Source: Podarcis erhardii
Lineage: Eukaryota
Assembly: GCA_964252035.1 (NCBI GenBank)
Contig: CAXUOO010000145.1
Length of the DNA: 64,000 nt
Strand: one strand, 5' to 3'
In this document: positions 25,603 through 39,734 of the stretch, piece after piece
How positions within the stretch are numbered: the first letter of the stretch is position 1
Layout of the letters: every line of letters begins with the position of its first letter
Position numbers and translations under genes: made by a program
The notes under the pieces: model-generated
Database searches by the model: none
Seen by the model: only the letters and a program-made list of their open reading frames with translations
Told to the model about the DNA's origin: nothing

Positions 25603-28600
25603 CTAACAAGCATTCTGCGGTGCACATATCATTCGCGAAGAAGTAGCTTCTCTCAAATCAGGACCACCCGACATAAACAGGGGGACATTATGAGGGAGAC
25701 AATAGTCGACTTGGCTTTCTGAAAAATATATTGGAGCTGATGGTGGAAATGAAGGTGCTTGAGTTAGAGTTCTCGTCGCGTTTGAGTGCCAATCGTTACA
25801 ATAATCGGTCGTTTCCTCGCATTGGCCAAATGCACCAAGTGGTGTATTTCTAAACATATATTGATTACCTTCTGCAAAACAAGTGTTGCCCTCGTACTCC
25901 CTCGCCCCGCATACCTCTATATTATAAGCAGGATTCACAGGTTGAGGGTTGGTCGTTGAAGTGCGGTTCAACTGCATTTGCTCGATGGTGGAAGAAGCAA
26001 GAGGAACCTGTGTGGGATATTGGTGACTGTGAGCGAGGGAAAATGATACATTTACTGTTCTACCTTTACCGCACGGTACTGAAAACTCTGGCTCTTCATC
26101 GTTTCCACAAGCCAAGTGACTGTTCAAAGTATCGTTGTCCCCAGCAGATTTTTTGCGAGCTGATTTGCGGGGTTTTTTGGATAAAAAGGCACTCCTAGAC
26201 GTATAGTTAGCGGCTACTCTTAGTGTGCTCCTCACATAGCGGTTACTCTTGTTTTTGGACAAGTGTGCACTCCTTGAGCTTTCCCGTGATGCATCCTGTG
26301 AATCCTCATCTAAAGATTGTCTTCCATCCACATCTCTATAAGGAGGTCGAGCTCTCTGATACCCAACAGAACTCTCTTTCTCGTCAAACAGCCCTTCTTC
26401 TTCCTCATGAGCCCTCAAAAATTGTTCAGGACTGTCAACTTCCGCCTCGTGCGGAGGAACTTGTAATGCTGCACCTCTGCTCGGCGATTTGCTGTTTGCA
26501 TTTAGTTGTGCTCCATATCCGACAACAGCGACATCTGTGCATGAATCAGGATGTTGCTTTCCACCGTGTACCTCAGTAATGGAAGTGTATCGACAACTGT
26601 CAGCTTGCGCACTGTTCGTTCGGGGAAAAAACTCATCAATAGTTTTTCGAACCGGCGTATTTACAGCGCTGCTCTCTTCGGGCGCGGGTGCACCTGCACA
26701 ATTGTAATCGCTGCGAAGACGGAGGCTTCGACGCAAACTAATTTCTTTGTCAATACATTGTCGACCTCCCTTACCAGGAGCTTCCAACATGCGCTCCGTT
26801 ACCAAAACTCGTGCGCTTCGTGCGTTTCTTCTCGAAACCCTCTGTTTCTCTCGCATTGAATAATGCATTGCTTCCTTTGTCGACCGTAAAGCTGCTCGCT
26901 TTGTGAATTCAAAATCCCTGTCGCTCTCATCACCTTTTTCGCTGTAGGTTTCAGCACATGACGAAACCTCATCTTCACCTTTCGGGAGGCGGTGCAGCCT
27001 GCTGCGAGTGACACTGTCCCAAGTAAGTCTCCCCCCTTTGATGTGTGGCCGCCGTTCAAGTTCTTTTTGGATTCGAGCTGTGCTCGTCGTCCCACCCTTC
27101 GACCTTTTCCAAGGAGCAGCAGGGAAATTTTTGACGTCATCGTGCTCCACAGCGTTTGTTTCGTCAGCGTATTCCCTCTCGCCCACTTGCGTCCTTCTCC
27201 GGTGCCGACTACTCCTCGAATTGAATTGAACAGCTTTTTCTCTGTGACGTTTGACGTTACCTTTCCGTCTATACTGACCGGTAACATTTGCACCTCCATC
27301 CCCTGCAGTATCCTCGCCAGGTAAATACCCTGCATCCTCGGCACCGTTCTGCAGATGTCCTTTACAAACTTTCTTCCACGGGCTGCCGCAGATAAGCGCG
27401 AGTAACCCCATAACTTCATCACAATCTTCATAATCAAACTCAGTCATCACGTATAGAGGCTCTTCTCCGGTACATTCGGCGTAAAAATACACAAACTTTT
27501 CCAAGTTATTGGGATCAGGCGTCTGAGGATATTGGCGGGCATTGAAGGCAGCCGTGGCTCCACGATCATAGTCTTCCGGTTCTACCACTCTCCCTTGTTT
27601 GTGCCAATGGAACATCATAACTGAGGCGCGTCTTCGTGCTTCCAGAAAGCCATATTCAGCTACTGAGAAGCGTTTTCTAGCAACTATCTTTCCCATAGGT
27701 TTTCTGTGGTTAGCTATCCAGGACCGACTTTCTGTATGGTACGTCACGCCCACTACAAAAGGCAAGCTGTCTGCTGTATTCCGTAACACGCGCATATCAC
27801 TTGATTCCTCGCTCTTTTCGGCGGCCAGCACAGCCTGGTAAACTTCTTCGTTCTGTAGTGAAGGATTCAAAAGTGCTTCACGGCGCTGGCTGATTGCCTG
27901 CTCGCGTGCGCCGAAAAAACCAAATCTTTGGAAAGAAAATATTCGCGTAACTCTTTTCTTCCCAATTAACCATGAAGCCACCCATGTCTTTCGCAGTCTG
28001 TCCATGTGTACGCCCTTAACAGGTTCTACATTGCAAGCCAAAAGCTCTAATAAATAATCTCGAGGATCGGAATCCACGCTTTGCTCGGGCCAGCCCTGAT
28101 GCGCGCGTCGCTTCCTTCTGTTTTTCAAGGCTCGTGGGAAAGACATTTTTCTAGCAGCACAGGATGGAGAGGGAACTTGGTGGGAATCCTCTTCTACATG
28201 AAATGCTGGTGTCAGCAAGTCTGTACTGTTTCCTGCTTGTGGAGAGGAAGGAAAAATTTGCGAGCCCAGAAAAGGGTAGAAGTTCTCTGGTATTTCAGGC
28301 AGTTTGTCAATTTGTGGCATGCTAACGCACGTGCAGGAAGATTCTTCCAATAATTGTCCTGAACAAAAGTCACAAACTTTTTCAGATAGTGCTCTCCAGT
28401 GACTCTTAGGAACTCACGGTGATGTACCTTGACGTCGCTTGTCTAAATCTGTCAACTGTGCAAAAAATGACGTTCCACGAATTGTTGTGCCTCATCTAGT
28501 GTGTGCAAATTTGAAGCAGCGAACCAACAAAAGTGTTCGCTTGTGGGCATTGGTAGACGTCTTTAGGGGAAGACCGCTTTCTTTTTCAAAGCCAGAGTCG

Positions 28601-31309
28601 GTATCTACGAATAACACGGTTATGTGTACAGCATTTTAGGGTGCGCATATATAACTAGAATGTTACAAAACGGCCAATGAACATATTACTCATTTTACCA
28701 GGGGGAAAGGAGGGTCGATGGAGCTGCAAATCGCTTCGTAAAACGCTTGACGGCCCATGTGCTCCTATGTTTGTGGCGACAACATCGTACTGCTGCTGCG
28801 GCTGCTGATAGGGTAAATTGATTGAGTAGGAATCCATAGGCATGCTTGAGAAAGCAGCTGCATTGGTGTTTATCACTGCTTCTGCCTGGTCGCTTTCCAA
28901 TAACACATGCGGTAGAAGTACATGACTAGAGAATTGTCCTCCCAGGTGAGAGAAGTTCAAAGTTAACAGCCCCCCAGTGCTGTTATCTGTTTGGAGGGAT
29001 TGCTGCTGAAGTTGCGGATTACATATGATTGGACCAACTCCTACTGTATCTTGCTGCCTCGGCTGCAACTGCTGAGACCATTCGACGGGCTGCTGCTGTG
29101 TTAGATTGTAAGTCGGAATTTGCTCGAAGGCAGGCGACGGCAATGAAATGGGCAACTGAAACGGCTGTTCGAGTTGCAAGTCAAGCGGTGCCTGCTGCTG
29201 TTCTGATATCTCTCGGGGGTGTCTGCTGCATTGTATCCCTTGGTGAAGTTGTCTACTTGTTTGCTCGAAGTGATGATGCGATTCCTCGAGCTGCAGCTGC
29301 GAGTGTCGCTCCGTAGCGCTAAATAGAACATCATGCTCATAGTGCGTCTGTTGACTCTGAAGGTTTACAGCCTCCTGCTCCTGCGGGTACCCTCGCTGAT
29401 TCACGTTGAATACGGTTGTTTGCAAAAGCTCTCTTGGCTGATCATTGGACACCCGCCGCTGCTGCTCCTCCTCCTTTTGCGTGCTGTATATTCTTAGAAT
29501 ACTTGTGATTGGTTGCACATGCATAAATTCTTCCGTTTGTTGCTGCTGCGGGAAGTTGTGCGTATCTTCCGCGCCATTCTGCTGCGGCAAACTGGCCGGT
29601 AAACTCTCCTTTGAATTACAACAGTGCAGCAGCTTTGACTCAAATAGGGTTTGTTGCATGACTAAATAAGTGCCATCACATGCCTCCGCTGCTGCTGCTG
29701 CCTCTGTGCTTGCCTCGCTTTCGACTTCGGCAAAAGGGTATATTATTGAAGCAGTCGACGATGGCCGGCGTCCGTTGAGTAATTCCATACCTCCGACAAC
29801 AGGCGGGTCCGCAACTCGTTCGTCTTCTAACGGAACACAGCCAGCATTTTCTTTCGCCGATGCCGGTGTATGGGGGTGTGCAGGCACACTGGAAGTGGGG
29901 GTATCATGGTTTTCACGAGAGATCCTACGCTGGGAGATATCGGATGCGTTGAGGTTGGAGCCAGAAAATTTCTTCAAAGATGACGTTTTTGTACATTCTG
30001 TGTTATCCATCAAGCGCGAAGAAACCATTTGTGTACTTACACACGCTGTGAATAAAGGTGTAGCGGGTCTAGCGGATGTAGGAATAATCTGGTTACTTTT
30101 TTCTGGCTGCAAAGAATCGGTTATATGCACATTGAGAGGTGGGTCTTGAGCACTCGAGTTTGTCTGCAGCATATAGTTCCTCTGAGGAGAATTGATGATG
30201 GTGCACATGTTTCCGCCGCCTTCACTCCCTGTCTCTTCCACTGAGCTTGACGACTGTCTACTCTTAGACAGTTCTTGAGAGTACGTATGGTTAGTGCCCG
30301 CCGTGCTGTTATCTTTCTTCTGGGGAGGTGCGCGCCTACGCAAAGCGTATTGCGGATGTTCAGGAACGAAGGGACAACGTGTATCAGGGTTATATGCCCT
30401 TGCTCCCGACGTGCTGCTCAAGTCACTAAGACCAATACACGTCCGAATATTAGAAATGGGTTTCTTTTCTCTTTTGTCAGGCAGGGCTTTCTCCGACACG
30501 GTATTCAGCGACTGTGGCAAGTGAGGCAGAGGAGAAACAGAGTTTATGTATCCGTTGGCAGTGGTAAATGATTGCTTCTGCTCTGCGTTTGCCGTTAGAG
30601 AAGAATGTTGACATAAGGTAGCCTCCGCTATTTCGTTGCCTTGCTGCAGGTTTTCTCCTGCGCCAGCGGACGCGCCCAACTCTGTGAGCAACTCTTCGGT
30701 AAGCTGGTCATTCAGACCTCCGAGCGCCTCAATGTCTTCGTTGATATCCGCACAGGGGAGCAATTTTTCAGAACCGTTTCGGATGCTAGTGATCTCGGAT
30801 GAACCATTGCCCAAAAAGGGTTTTGAAACAACGGCACTCGTAGTCGCGTCGCCTTCCCGAATACCTGCATCCTCGAATTCCTCATTCCATCGCTCGTTCT
30901 GACGTTGGTTTATGCGTTCAGTATTGCTGTTTGAGCTGACTCGTTGACTTGATTGGAAGGTTTGTCTGATGGACTCAGTTTGTGAGAGTGGAGACGCTGG
31001 AGATTGCCGCTGAGGAGAATCTCTACGTTGTTGCGCAGACGATGTCACAATTTCACAGGCTGAAGGCTTCAGGAGAGTGGCAACCCCACAACGTGCAGGT
31101 GACGAGGCACTATCCTCTATATAACCCTCTGATGATTGGGAAGCCGGCGCTGGAAAAGGATGTCTTCCCCTGCCGGACGGTTTACCAAACTTTGTACATC
31201 GAGCAGACCCAGTCTTTCTTCGGAAAATCGATTCTGCTGGGGCCCGTTTAGATCTCGTCGGTGCGTAGCATTTACCCGGTGTTTTACGTTTAGCTAGTTT
31301 ATTCCTCAT
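25603..31309 (-). CDS. ApiAP2 transcription factor with two adjacent AP2 domains, ~1788 aa in two exons (further 3' exons possible)
   Basis: Exon 31309-28699, intron 28698-28359 (GTAAAA...TTGTTCAG, phase 1) and exon 28358-25603 join in frame (5367 nt). AP2 domain 1 (~28023-27885) reads KGVHMDRLRKTWVASWLIGKKRVTRIFSFQRFGFFGAREQAI. Domain 2 (~27766-27615) reads VGVTYHTESRSWIANHRKPMGKIVARKRFSVAEYGFLEARRRA. Confidence 0.88.
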
Positions 31310-34300
31310 GTTGTTGAAAGTCTATAACGCTTTTCTTCAGAATACGTCGCTACTTTGAAACTGAGAATTGAAAATATCTTGCAGTCAAGATAGGTTGAGT
31401 AAGAAATGCTCCATATGCGCCCCCAAGAAGCAAGGATTCCATTCTGCTGTGAGGACAGATAGCGATGAAGCTGTGACCGAAGTTACCCATATTCTCGTTC
31501 TTGTGTAATGTTCTCTTACAGGAGAAAAGAAATGCTACCTAATTGTGCTAAATCGTACTCAACGTCTGCCCAATCCTCTTTACAGGTGCCACGTTATCCA
31601 CTTTTCCGGTGCTGGTCGTACAGCGGAACGACGAAGCAAGCGAATTATGTGTGGATTTGAGAAAAAAATTTTTTATGTATGACAACGTCTCGCAACTGAA
31701 TGCATATAAGAAAGTGAAAAAATTCCAGTGTGATATATCTCAATTGACAACGGATCGATCCATTCGGTAAAAAAATCCACATCAAAATCTTTGCTATTTC
31801 TGATTGGAAAAAGAGCTGGAAATTCTTGGGAAACCCCGGTGACTGTACCGTGGTGCACAAGACAGCTAAGCCATACGAAATCTCACCCTTAGTAGATTGA
31901 TAGATTGCCTAATTGCAGCACACTCTGCTTAGGATGCAATTGTGAGGTTCTAATTCTAATGAAACAAAAGAAATGACAAACATAGGCAAAAAATTTTGTG
32001 AAAAGTCGAAATTTTCGCTTGTCTAGTACATAATGCAACGAAAGTGGAGTGTGCAAAGTTACAAATAGTCAGTGATGTTAGTCTGCAAAATTTGCTTTAT
32101 GCTTCCGGAGGAAATCCGGACACTGCACACCTGTTCTTTAAAGCAAAGGCAATTCTACCTTCAAAGGTGACCAGGGTCTTTACACATTTGCTCCCCGTTG
32201 ATCCGTCAGTTCGGACGAAATATATCGCACTGACACTCTTTTTGTCACATCTTTAGAATTTGCTATGATTACTTTTTGCGATGTTTGGTGATTCGATTTC
32301 TAACATGGGCGTTATCACTTATCGGGCATGCCATACCTTATAATATACCGCTATTTCTCGAACGCGCTGATTTGAACATCTGCAAAGTTGCCTACAAACA
32401 CAGCATTTGAACCTGAATGCGTACATGCATACAAAGATAATACTTGTATATATATATATATATATAACCCTTCTGTCAGGTTTGTCAGCCAGCGAAGGAT
32501 GGCCGCTTTGCAAAACGGCAGGTCGAATCAAGCAAACGCCTCTTACTGTCTTACTGAGCATGCCAATGACTTTCCAAAGTTGGCGAAGAGTATACAGACA
32601 AGTGTCTACGTAATACTCATTCCGCGGTCCAGCCTTTACAATACACTTTGATGTAGAAGAACTTACACTGGCGTTCAATGTGCTACCTTTACTCAAATGT
32701 GCAAATTTCATATCTCCATCCTGATCCGAAAGTTGCATTAAAGTTTTATCAAAAGCGCTAAGTACAGTTCAACAGTTTTAGAGGAGTTCACTTAGTGAGT
32801 CACATGATAAAAAAAAACAGTCAACCAGCTGATGTTGTAGAAAAACGGTAATTGCATCATTCTGACTTCACAGCCTCGTGCAGTGTTTATTGAGATTGAG
32901 CATCCGCAGCTCCTCGACTTGCAAGCTAGATGTCAGCGCAGCGTTTTAATTTAGCGGTGTTTTTGTAATTGACTACATGGGTACTTCGCGATTTCGAATT
33001 GCACTGTCATTGATTTTGCATTGTGAGCATGTAATGCACTAGCCTTTTGTGACAGAAAGAAGAGGCTTTGCGAGCGGGAGAGAATGCGACTCGTCTGGCT
33101 GGTCGACATAGTCAGATCTGTACCTATTTGGTTTGACGCATTCGAAAGGCATCCCAACCTTAACATTTTCGCTGGTACTGTGATGGAGGCTTGAAGCATT
33201 ACTATAAACACTTCCATATTTTGAAACACATACGAACTGATTTCACTAGTGCAGTAGCGTACGTTGAGTGATTGCTAGTTTCTACTCTGCATTTTTTCGT
33301 CGAGAGATATGTATGTATGCTGCAATGACTTTGCTCTTATGTACAGGGAATTCGCGCGTCGCCGAATTGCAGTCTAACTGCCCACGTACAAAATGCTTTT
33401 CGATTTACCTGCTCAAATTTCTATCTGAACAAGATGCGAGAGAATATTTTTACCGGGCTCTGCTGAGAGTGGCGCTCAGCTTTTTGTGTGAGTCGGTTAG
33501 ATGCGGTAATGCTCCCTGCCGAACCCGGATGTGCGACACCAAGAATCTATCGAAGTTGACTGCCAGACTAGACTTCCAAAGCAGATTTGCGAGTAACACG
33601 ACGCCTTCCATCAAACATGACCGCATTGAAAAGAATGATTATTTAGTGTTTGAGAATTAGAAGACCAAAATCTGGCTGTACCTTACTTCCCAGTTTCGTG
33701 CTAGTTTTTGGAGGAAATGGTGTTGACTTAAAATCCTTACACTCACCGCACGGATATCGCCCTTTCAACAGTGTGGCAATCAAAGCTTGGGTTTCCAATT
33801 GCTCGTATTCTATTCACTGAAATGCGAAAGTATACTTACATGTATATGTATATACTATGTAAATATATGTAGATACTTTTATCTATATATGCGCTAGTCT
33901 TGTGTACGCAAAATAGATACACGAGCTGCATGTGAACCAGTAAAGGATTCCCAATTGCTCGTAATCTGTTCTTTGAAATTCCAAGTTATACTTGTATACA
34001 TATATTACGTATATATATATATATACATATAAATCTTTGTGGGCTAGTCCATTGCTATAGGATCTGCATATAAATCAGTAGCATTTAGGCCCAGCGTTCA
34101 CGTTTCTTCGGGACCAATACGAAGGCATCGCTCAGCTGAACAGCTTCATTTTTGAAAATCCACTCTAGTTTCTCCGCCTCGCGGACGCTGAAGTGCAGCT
34201 TGCCCTTTTAGTATATAAGATGTGCACGTGGGTACAGGGAATATACCATATTTGGTTCGCGCGAAAAAGTGTGCTAAGTGATCGGCAGGACTTCGAAAAA

Positions 34301-35422
34301 GTATCTTCTTCTGGTTGCGGTATTGAAGTACACGCAAAACAGGTGCGCATGTGCTCGAAGAGATTCTGCAACCACTCTCATCCTTGTTGTGCCTCGTAAT
34401 ATATGCAAGACCCCGGACGAACCGTATTACATAATTGCAATACATATCAATGTGCCGTGTAAACCGTAGGGCAGCCGTATAAATTGTATACAGTTCAACA
34501 ACATGAATGTTTGTTACTCTAAAAGAACAATAACAGAAATACACCTCGGTAACGCCGTGCGGAGCCCCTGAATACTTCTGACACGACTGCATCAGTACTG
34601 AATTGTAATTTTTTTTACATGGTTTTTAGCCAGTCCTATAGAGAAAGCCGATGGATGTCATTGCCGAGTCCGTATATTTAGATAACCTCGCAAAATGATT
34701 ACACTGCAACTGCCCAGCTTTCTATTGTACATACCAGTCTATATGAATAGCAACCGTTCGGGAAGCACCATACTTTGCTTGCCCGTGTGGCTCTGTTGCC
34801 GCTTCAAGCTTAAAAGATCTTATAAAGCCTCCAACGTGAAATGCTCGATATTGTAAAATGTTTTCGTTTCCGGCGGCTCTGTTTCACCAACTATTCCTAT
34901 CGTACGTGTTATCACGTTGTTCCTATGACATGCGGAGTTGACGCATGCTCCTCGACAGCAAGCACCCGCGTTGTCTCCCATTTCAGATCCTAGATTGCCG
35001 CAATACATGCAAGTGAAGTTCAGGGATAATTCTGTGTCTTCAAACTTTTGGGGTGATGCGCTATTTTCGCCGACAAAAGTCGGTACTACTTTAACTACCC
35101 TTCTTCTCAAGTGTGCCTCAATTCCTTTAGTTTTGTGGACGGCTCCACAGAGCTAATATCCGGTTGCAGCAAGTGGGGGTACAGATATAGCTGTCATGCA
35201 TTTATCATGCATTTCGGCATAGGTAGCAAATGGTGTTTCGTATAGCAGAGTCTCAAACTAGAGGGCAATCGAGACAATGCAGAAGTGGCGGTCCTGCTGG
35301 TAGCACGGACGAAGGTGGCATTAGCAGCAGTTCGCCGACACAGAAGCTTGCACAAGAGCGCGCAAGCTGCTGGTATAGTCATGCCCGGCTGTCATGTTGA
35401 CTGTATCATTGTATTTGCTTCA

Positions 35423-38400
35423 ATGAAATTGTCGGAACTCTCAAAGACTACACGCGTCAAAAAATCTATCAAATGCTCTATTCATGAGCTCTTATGGTGC
35501 TGTCTCTCCTTTGCATGGCTTCTTTTTCGTCTTACGGAAGCCACCTTTCTCTGGAGCCGCGCAGTCAGCTGCTGTGCCATTCCGCAGCAAGGTCGTTTGA
35601 ATTCTTTAACTGATGTTTCTGCTTCGCCAGGGCAATATTTTGGAGCCCAGCACAGCAATTTCCCACACAAATGGAAAAGGTCCAATGGTGTCAATCTGTG
35701 TAGACACACACGTCGCCGCCGTCGCCTACAGCTGAACTGCCGTGCACAGCGAACTGCTCCTCGTGTTGGTACAGGTGTTGTGGACCGCGGTGATCTATTT
35801 GCAGCATTACTAAAAATGAACTGCGCGCAGGAACTCTTACGCCCACAGCCGTTTTTGAAAAATCTGGTCCAATCAGGGAAAAGTGCAGCCGCAAAGTATG
35901 TAAAATCGGTTGTTTATGGTGCTGCTGCTGCGAATACTAGGCAGTACACTCATGTGCTTGAGCAACATCAGCCTTATGACGGCGGCGCTCCGTTAGAAGT
36001 CTTTCTCTTTGCGTCACCCAGTGGGGCGCAAAAAAAGACCAATTTCTTCATTGAGACGCCGTTTCCATATCACAGATCTATTCAGTACAACAAGCCATGG
36101 TCTGCTGCAAAGCAGTCGCATTTACAGGTGTATGGCGAGGCTGCTCCCAGCGATCGAGTTGCTTCTACGCAGCAGCAACAGCAATGGATCAGCTGTATGA
36201 AGCAGAATTTTTTCTCGCACCAGCAGCAGCGGCACCATAAACAGATTCAACTACACCGGCAGAAAGCCCCATACCAGCAACCTTCAAAGTCTGCAGGCTT
36301 CAATGCCAATTTATCAGTGCAGAGAGACGTTTATACGTATGCAGCAGGAGCAGGGGGGTTGCAGGCAAGCATTGTGAATAATGCAGAAAGCTCTCGTCAA
36401 CATGATGCAGTTGCATTAGCATCGGGAGCCGCAGCAGCAGTTCTGAATCCGGATCAGACTGGAAAAAAAAAGGCATGTGGGATAACTCGTTCTCAGCACG
36501 AAAGATTCACCCACACGAAGCAAATCGCGACAATCGGCCCTTCCAGCTGGGACTACGAGGAGGTACTGCTAAAAATTCATAGATTTACAGTTCATAAATC
36601 CAGCAGAGTTTCTGTAGTGGTTGATAGCTGCTGGTTTTCGATGCTTTCGTGCACTTAGCGCTATTTCATCAATCACACACGTTTGTCATGCCATCATCAT
36701 CTAAACGTGTGTATGTAACGCGCGATAAAGCTTATAGTTTTACTGAAACAAAATTGGGCCTCCCGGCAGTTTGATAGTAGGTGTGCGTAGTACCACTAAA
36801 GCATCCAGCTTTTTTCTTAGCTAAAACTTGCCTGATATCTGTACAACACTTGATATATGTATACCAAATGTACCGTTTATATTCCTCAGCTCACTTATGC
36901 TATATGTTATAGTATATTGTTCAATGTATGCTTTCTGTATATTTGTCTTCATCTGTATATAATCCAATTCAAATCAATATAAACATATATATATATATAT
37001 ATGTGGACGAAGCAGTGAATATACAACGTGCATAGTATTATCAAAGGGTCTTCTTCGAGCGAAGCAGAACAGCGTCACATGTTTCTTCGTAAGCTATCTC
37101 TTTTTTACCGTCAAGTTGTTTACGTTCATATGAATCCCATTGTATTTGGCTTCTGTTGTTGCTGTAGATAGAGCGCCTTTTCCTCAGTGGTGTGGATGTT
37201 TTTCGGCTGAACTTCTCTCACGGGCTACTTAGAGAAAAGCATCAGCAACTTTTACACATCCGAAGCGTAGAGCAGAAGTATGGTCACCCTATTGCAGTGC
37301 TGGCGGACTTACCTGGGCCGAAGCTAAGGTTGGGCAGCTTCGAAGGAAATGATGAAATAGTGCTGCAGCGCGGAGATATCTTCACTATTGATTCTACTCC
37401 TTCTCTTGGCAATAACTCCCGCGTGCAACTGCCGTATTATACGGAAGTATTTGGTGGACTGCGGGCAGGAGACGTGCTACTACTGGATGATGGGAAGTTG
37501 AAGCTGCGCGTGCGAAAACAGCTGCATTTTGACGCTGCGTCTGATGGAGAGCTAGCATCGGTCGGAAGAGTAACAAATAGAGCAACATCAGCGATTGCCA
37601 CTTTGGAATCAACAGAAGTTGTTCACCGTAAGGTGGTTGGAGTAGAATGCGAGGTACTGGTAGGTGGGAAACTTTCGGGCAAGAAAGGAGTCAACGTCCC
37701 ATCTGCTGCAGTGCCTCTATCTGCACTTTCCAGTCGTGACCGCGAGCTGGCACGTATCGTCGCAAGCTGGGGGGTTGATTGGATTGCGCTCTCTTTTGTT
37801 CAACGAGCAGAAGATATTCATGAACTGAGACGAGAGTTGTCTAGCCAAAGGCGTGCGTTTTGTGACGGAGCCACCTCGCTCACTTCTGCGAAACTACAGG
37901 AGCAGGCGCAACCATTTGGCGGGGCGACAGGAAAAGTTCCAGATGCGCTGCGCGGCGCCCTAGTTGATGCTGCTTCTGGATTGAAAGATAGAGAATTTGG
38001 AGTTAAGCAAATATCAACAGCAGCGGGAGTAAGAAACGTCGAGGAACATGCGCAAGGAAAGGAAAGTGGTCTTCAAACAGTGGGCGCAGAGTTTATTCCA
38101 GGTGACTTCGCTGCTTCAAGCGGTTTTCTGCACTCATTTCTTGCGTATTCGGAAGCGCACGTAAGGCGTGGTGACCGCGTTGCTGTGTTGGTTAAAGTGG
38201 AGAAGCCGCAGGCGCTTGAGAACATCGCTGAAATCTTGCAGCACGCAGATGGACTGATGGTGGCTAGAGGTGATTTGGGAGTCGAATTGGCTGAACACAG
38301 CGCGTGGTTGCCGGTAGTGCAGAAACGCCTTGTAACTCTATGCAAAGAAGCGGGAAGCCCGTGGTTATTGCCACGCAGATGCTTGAGTCTATGATGCAGG

Positions 38401-39734
38401 CCCCGACACCAACGCGCGCCGAACTCAGTGACGTAGCTACTGCTGTATACGATGGAGCTGACGCAGTCATGCTGAGTGGGGAAACTGCTGCTGGCGCAGC
38501 GCCCTCACTAGTCGCGAAAACGCAACATCGAGGTATTTCCGCTGTAGAAAGTGATCCTTCGTTCTGGGCCATACAAGATGCGCAGCGATCGCAGCAACTG
38601 ACAAGACACGCTGCTTTCTCTGCCAGGCGTATGATCCTTCAATCTTTGGCTAAGTCTTGCGGTGAAATGCAAGACCACTCGGCCGCAAATGTTGCCTCAG
38701 CAGCTCAAATCAAAGCTTTTGAACTGCCCGGAGAGGAAAATACCACTTTCACGACAGCAGGCTTGCCTCAGCACGATGACATACCCGAAATCCAGACGCG
38801 CGAGCAACCGCAAAAGGTGATGAATAGTGCGCTGCATATAAATCGATGTGGGCAGCCCAAGCAAAGGTTTAAACCTCAGACGTTGTTTCCTGAATTGATG
38901 TTGAAAGGGCTTCCGTGGGCGAAACCAGCGAAGTCTGGTGTTTGCGACAGTATTCCACCATCTCGTTCTGAAGAATATTTTCCTGAAGTCGGACGCCGTG
39001 CAGCGACCCTGGCAGCTGCTGCTGCCTCTTCATCTTCTGTATTTCTTGCGTCAGAGTCAGATGATGGAATGTTGCAGGAGGATAGTGTGAAGAATTTTTA
39101 TGATTCGTCTCTGCAAAGTGCCACACACAATAACGCTCAGCCGACTACACATACACAGAAAGAAATACGGATTACTGGTTCTGCATTTAGGGACGCATCA
39201 GAGAGCTGTTACTCGATAGCAGTAGCGGCGGAGCAGGCAGCTCGACATTCGGGCGCGAACTGGATTGTAGTGCTTGACGATACAGGGACGATAGCTAGGC
39301 GTCTGTCTAGCTTACGGCCAGCGGTCCCGATCGTCGCCATCACTCGATGCAAGTACACTGCTCGCGAAACTGCAGTTGCATTGGGGAATTTATCCGATTT
39401 TGGAACATGGCTTTAGTCAAATGATTGCGGATGATTTGGCAGTGGGACAAAGTAAATCTCACCATGGACGCCGAGAATGCTACGTCGGCCTCGACAGGAT
39501 CAATCTATCACCACACAGACAACAAGAGCCCTTGAGTTATTGAAGCGTGAAGGCTTGATTAGCAATAACGGCGCTGAAAAGGCAGTTGTGGTTTTTGCGA
39601 AAAGTGTGGGTGATTCGCAGGGAGCACGTAGTACAGAGGAACCGGAATTTATGAACGGCATTGTTTTGTGCCGGTTACCTTGTTTCGTCAAGAAGCAAAA
39701 CGAGGGTCGAGCGACTGAAAATAATCGTTGCTAA
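35423..39734 (+). CDS. PYK2: Pyruvate kinase II (organellar, apicoplast-type) with long N-terminal extension; frameshifted in this assembly
   Basis: Exon 1 runs to 36562 ([16 protein letters not shown], donor GTACTG). Exon 2 starts at 37168 after GCTGTAG and carries [130 protein letters not shown] and [10 protein letters not shown]. The start is uncertain (ATG 35381 or 35423); a hydrophobic segment [13 protein letters not shown] follows. Frame breaks occur near 38352-38356, 39367-39369 and 39456-39530. Confidence 0.93.

Noticed and set aside
31400-35200. Possible minus-strand multi-exon gene from ORFs 32319-32738, 32951-33229, 34146-34592 and 34820-35110
   Set aside because: No recognisable domain and no consistent chain of in-phase splice sites. 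It cannot be supported without RNA-seq, though a gene here is not excluded.
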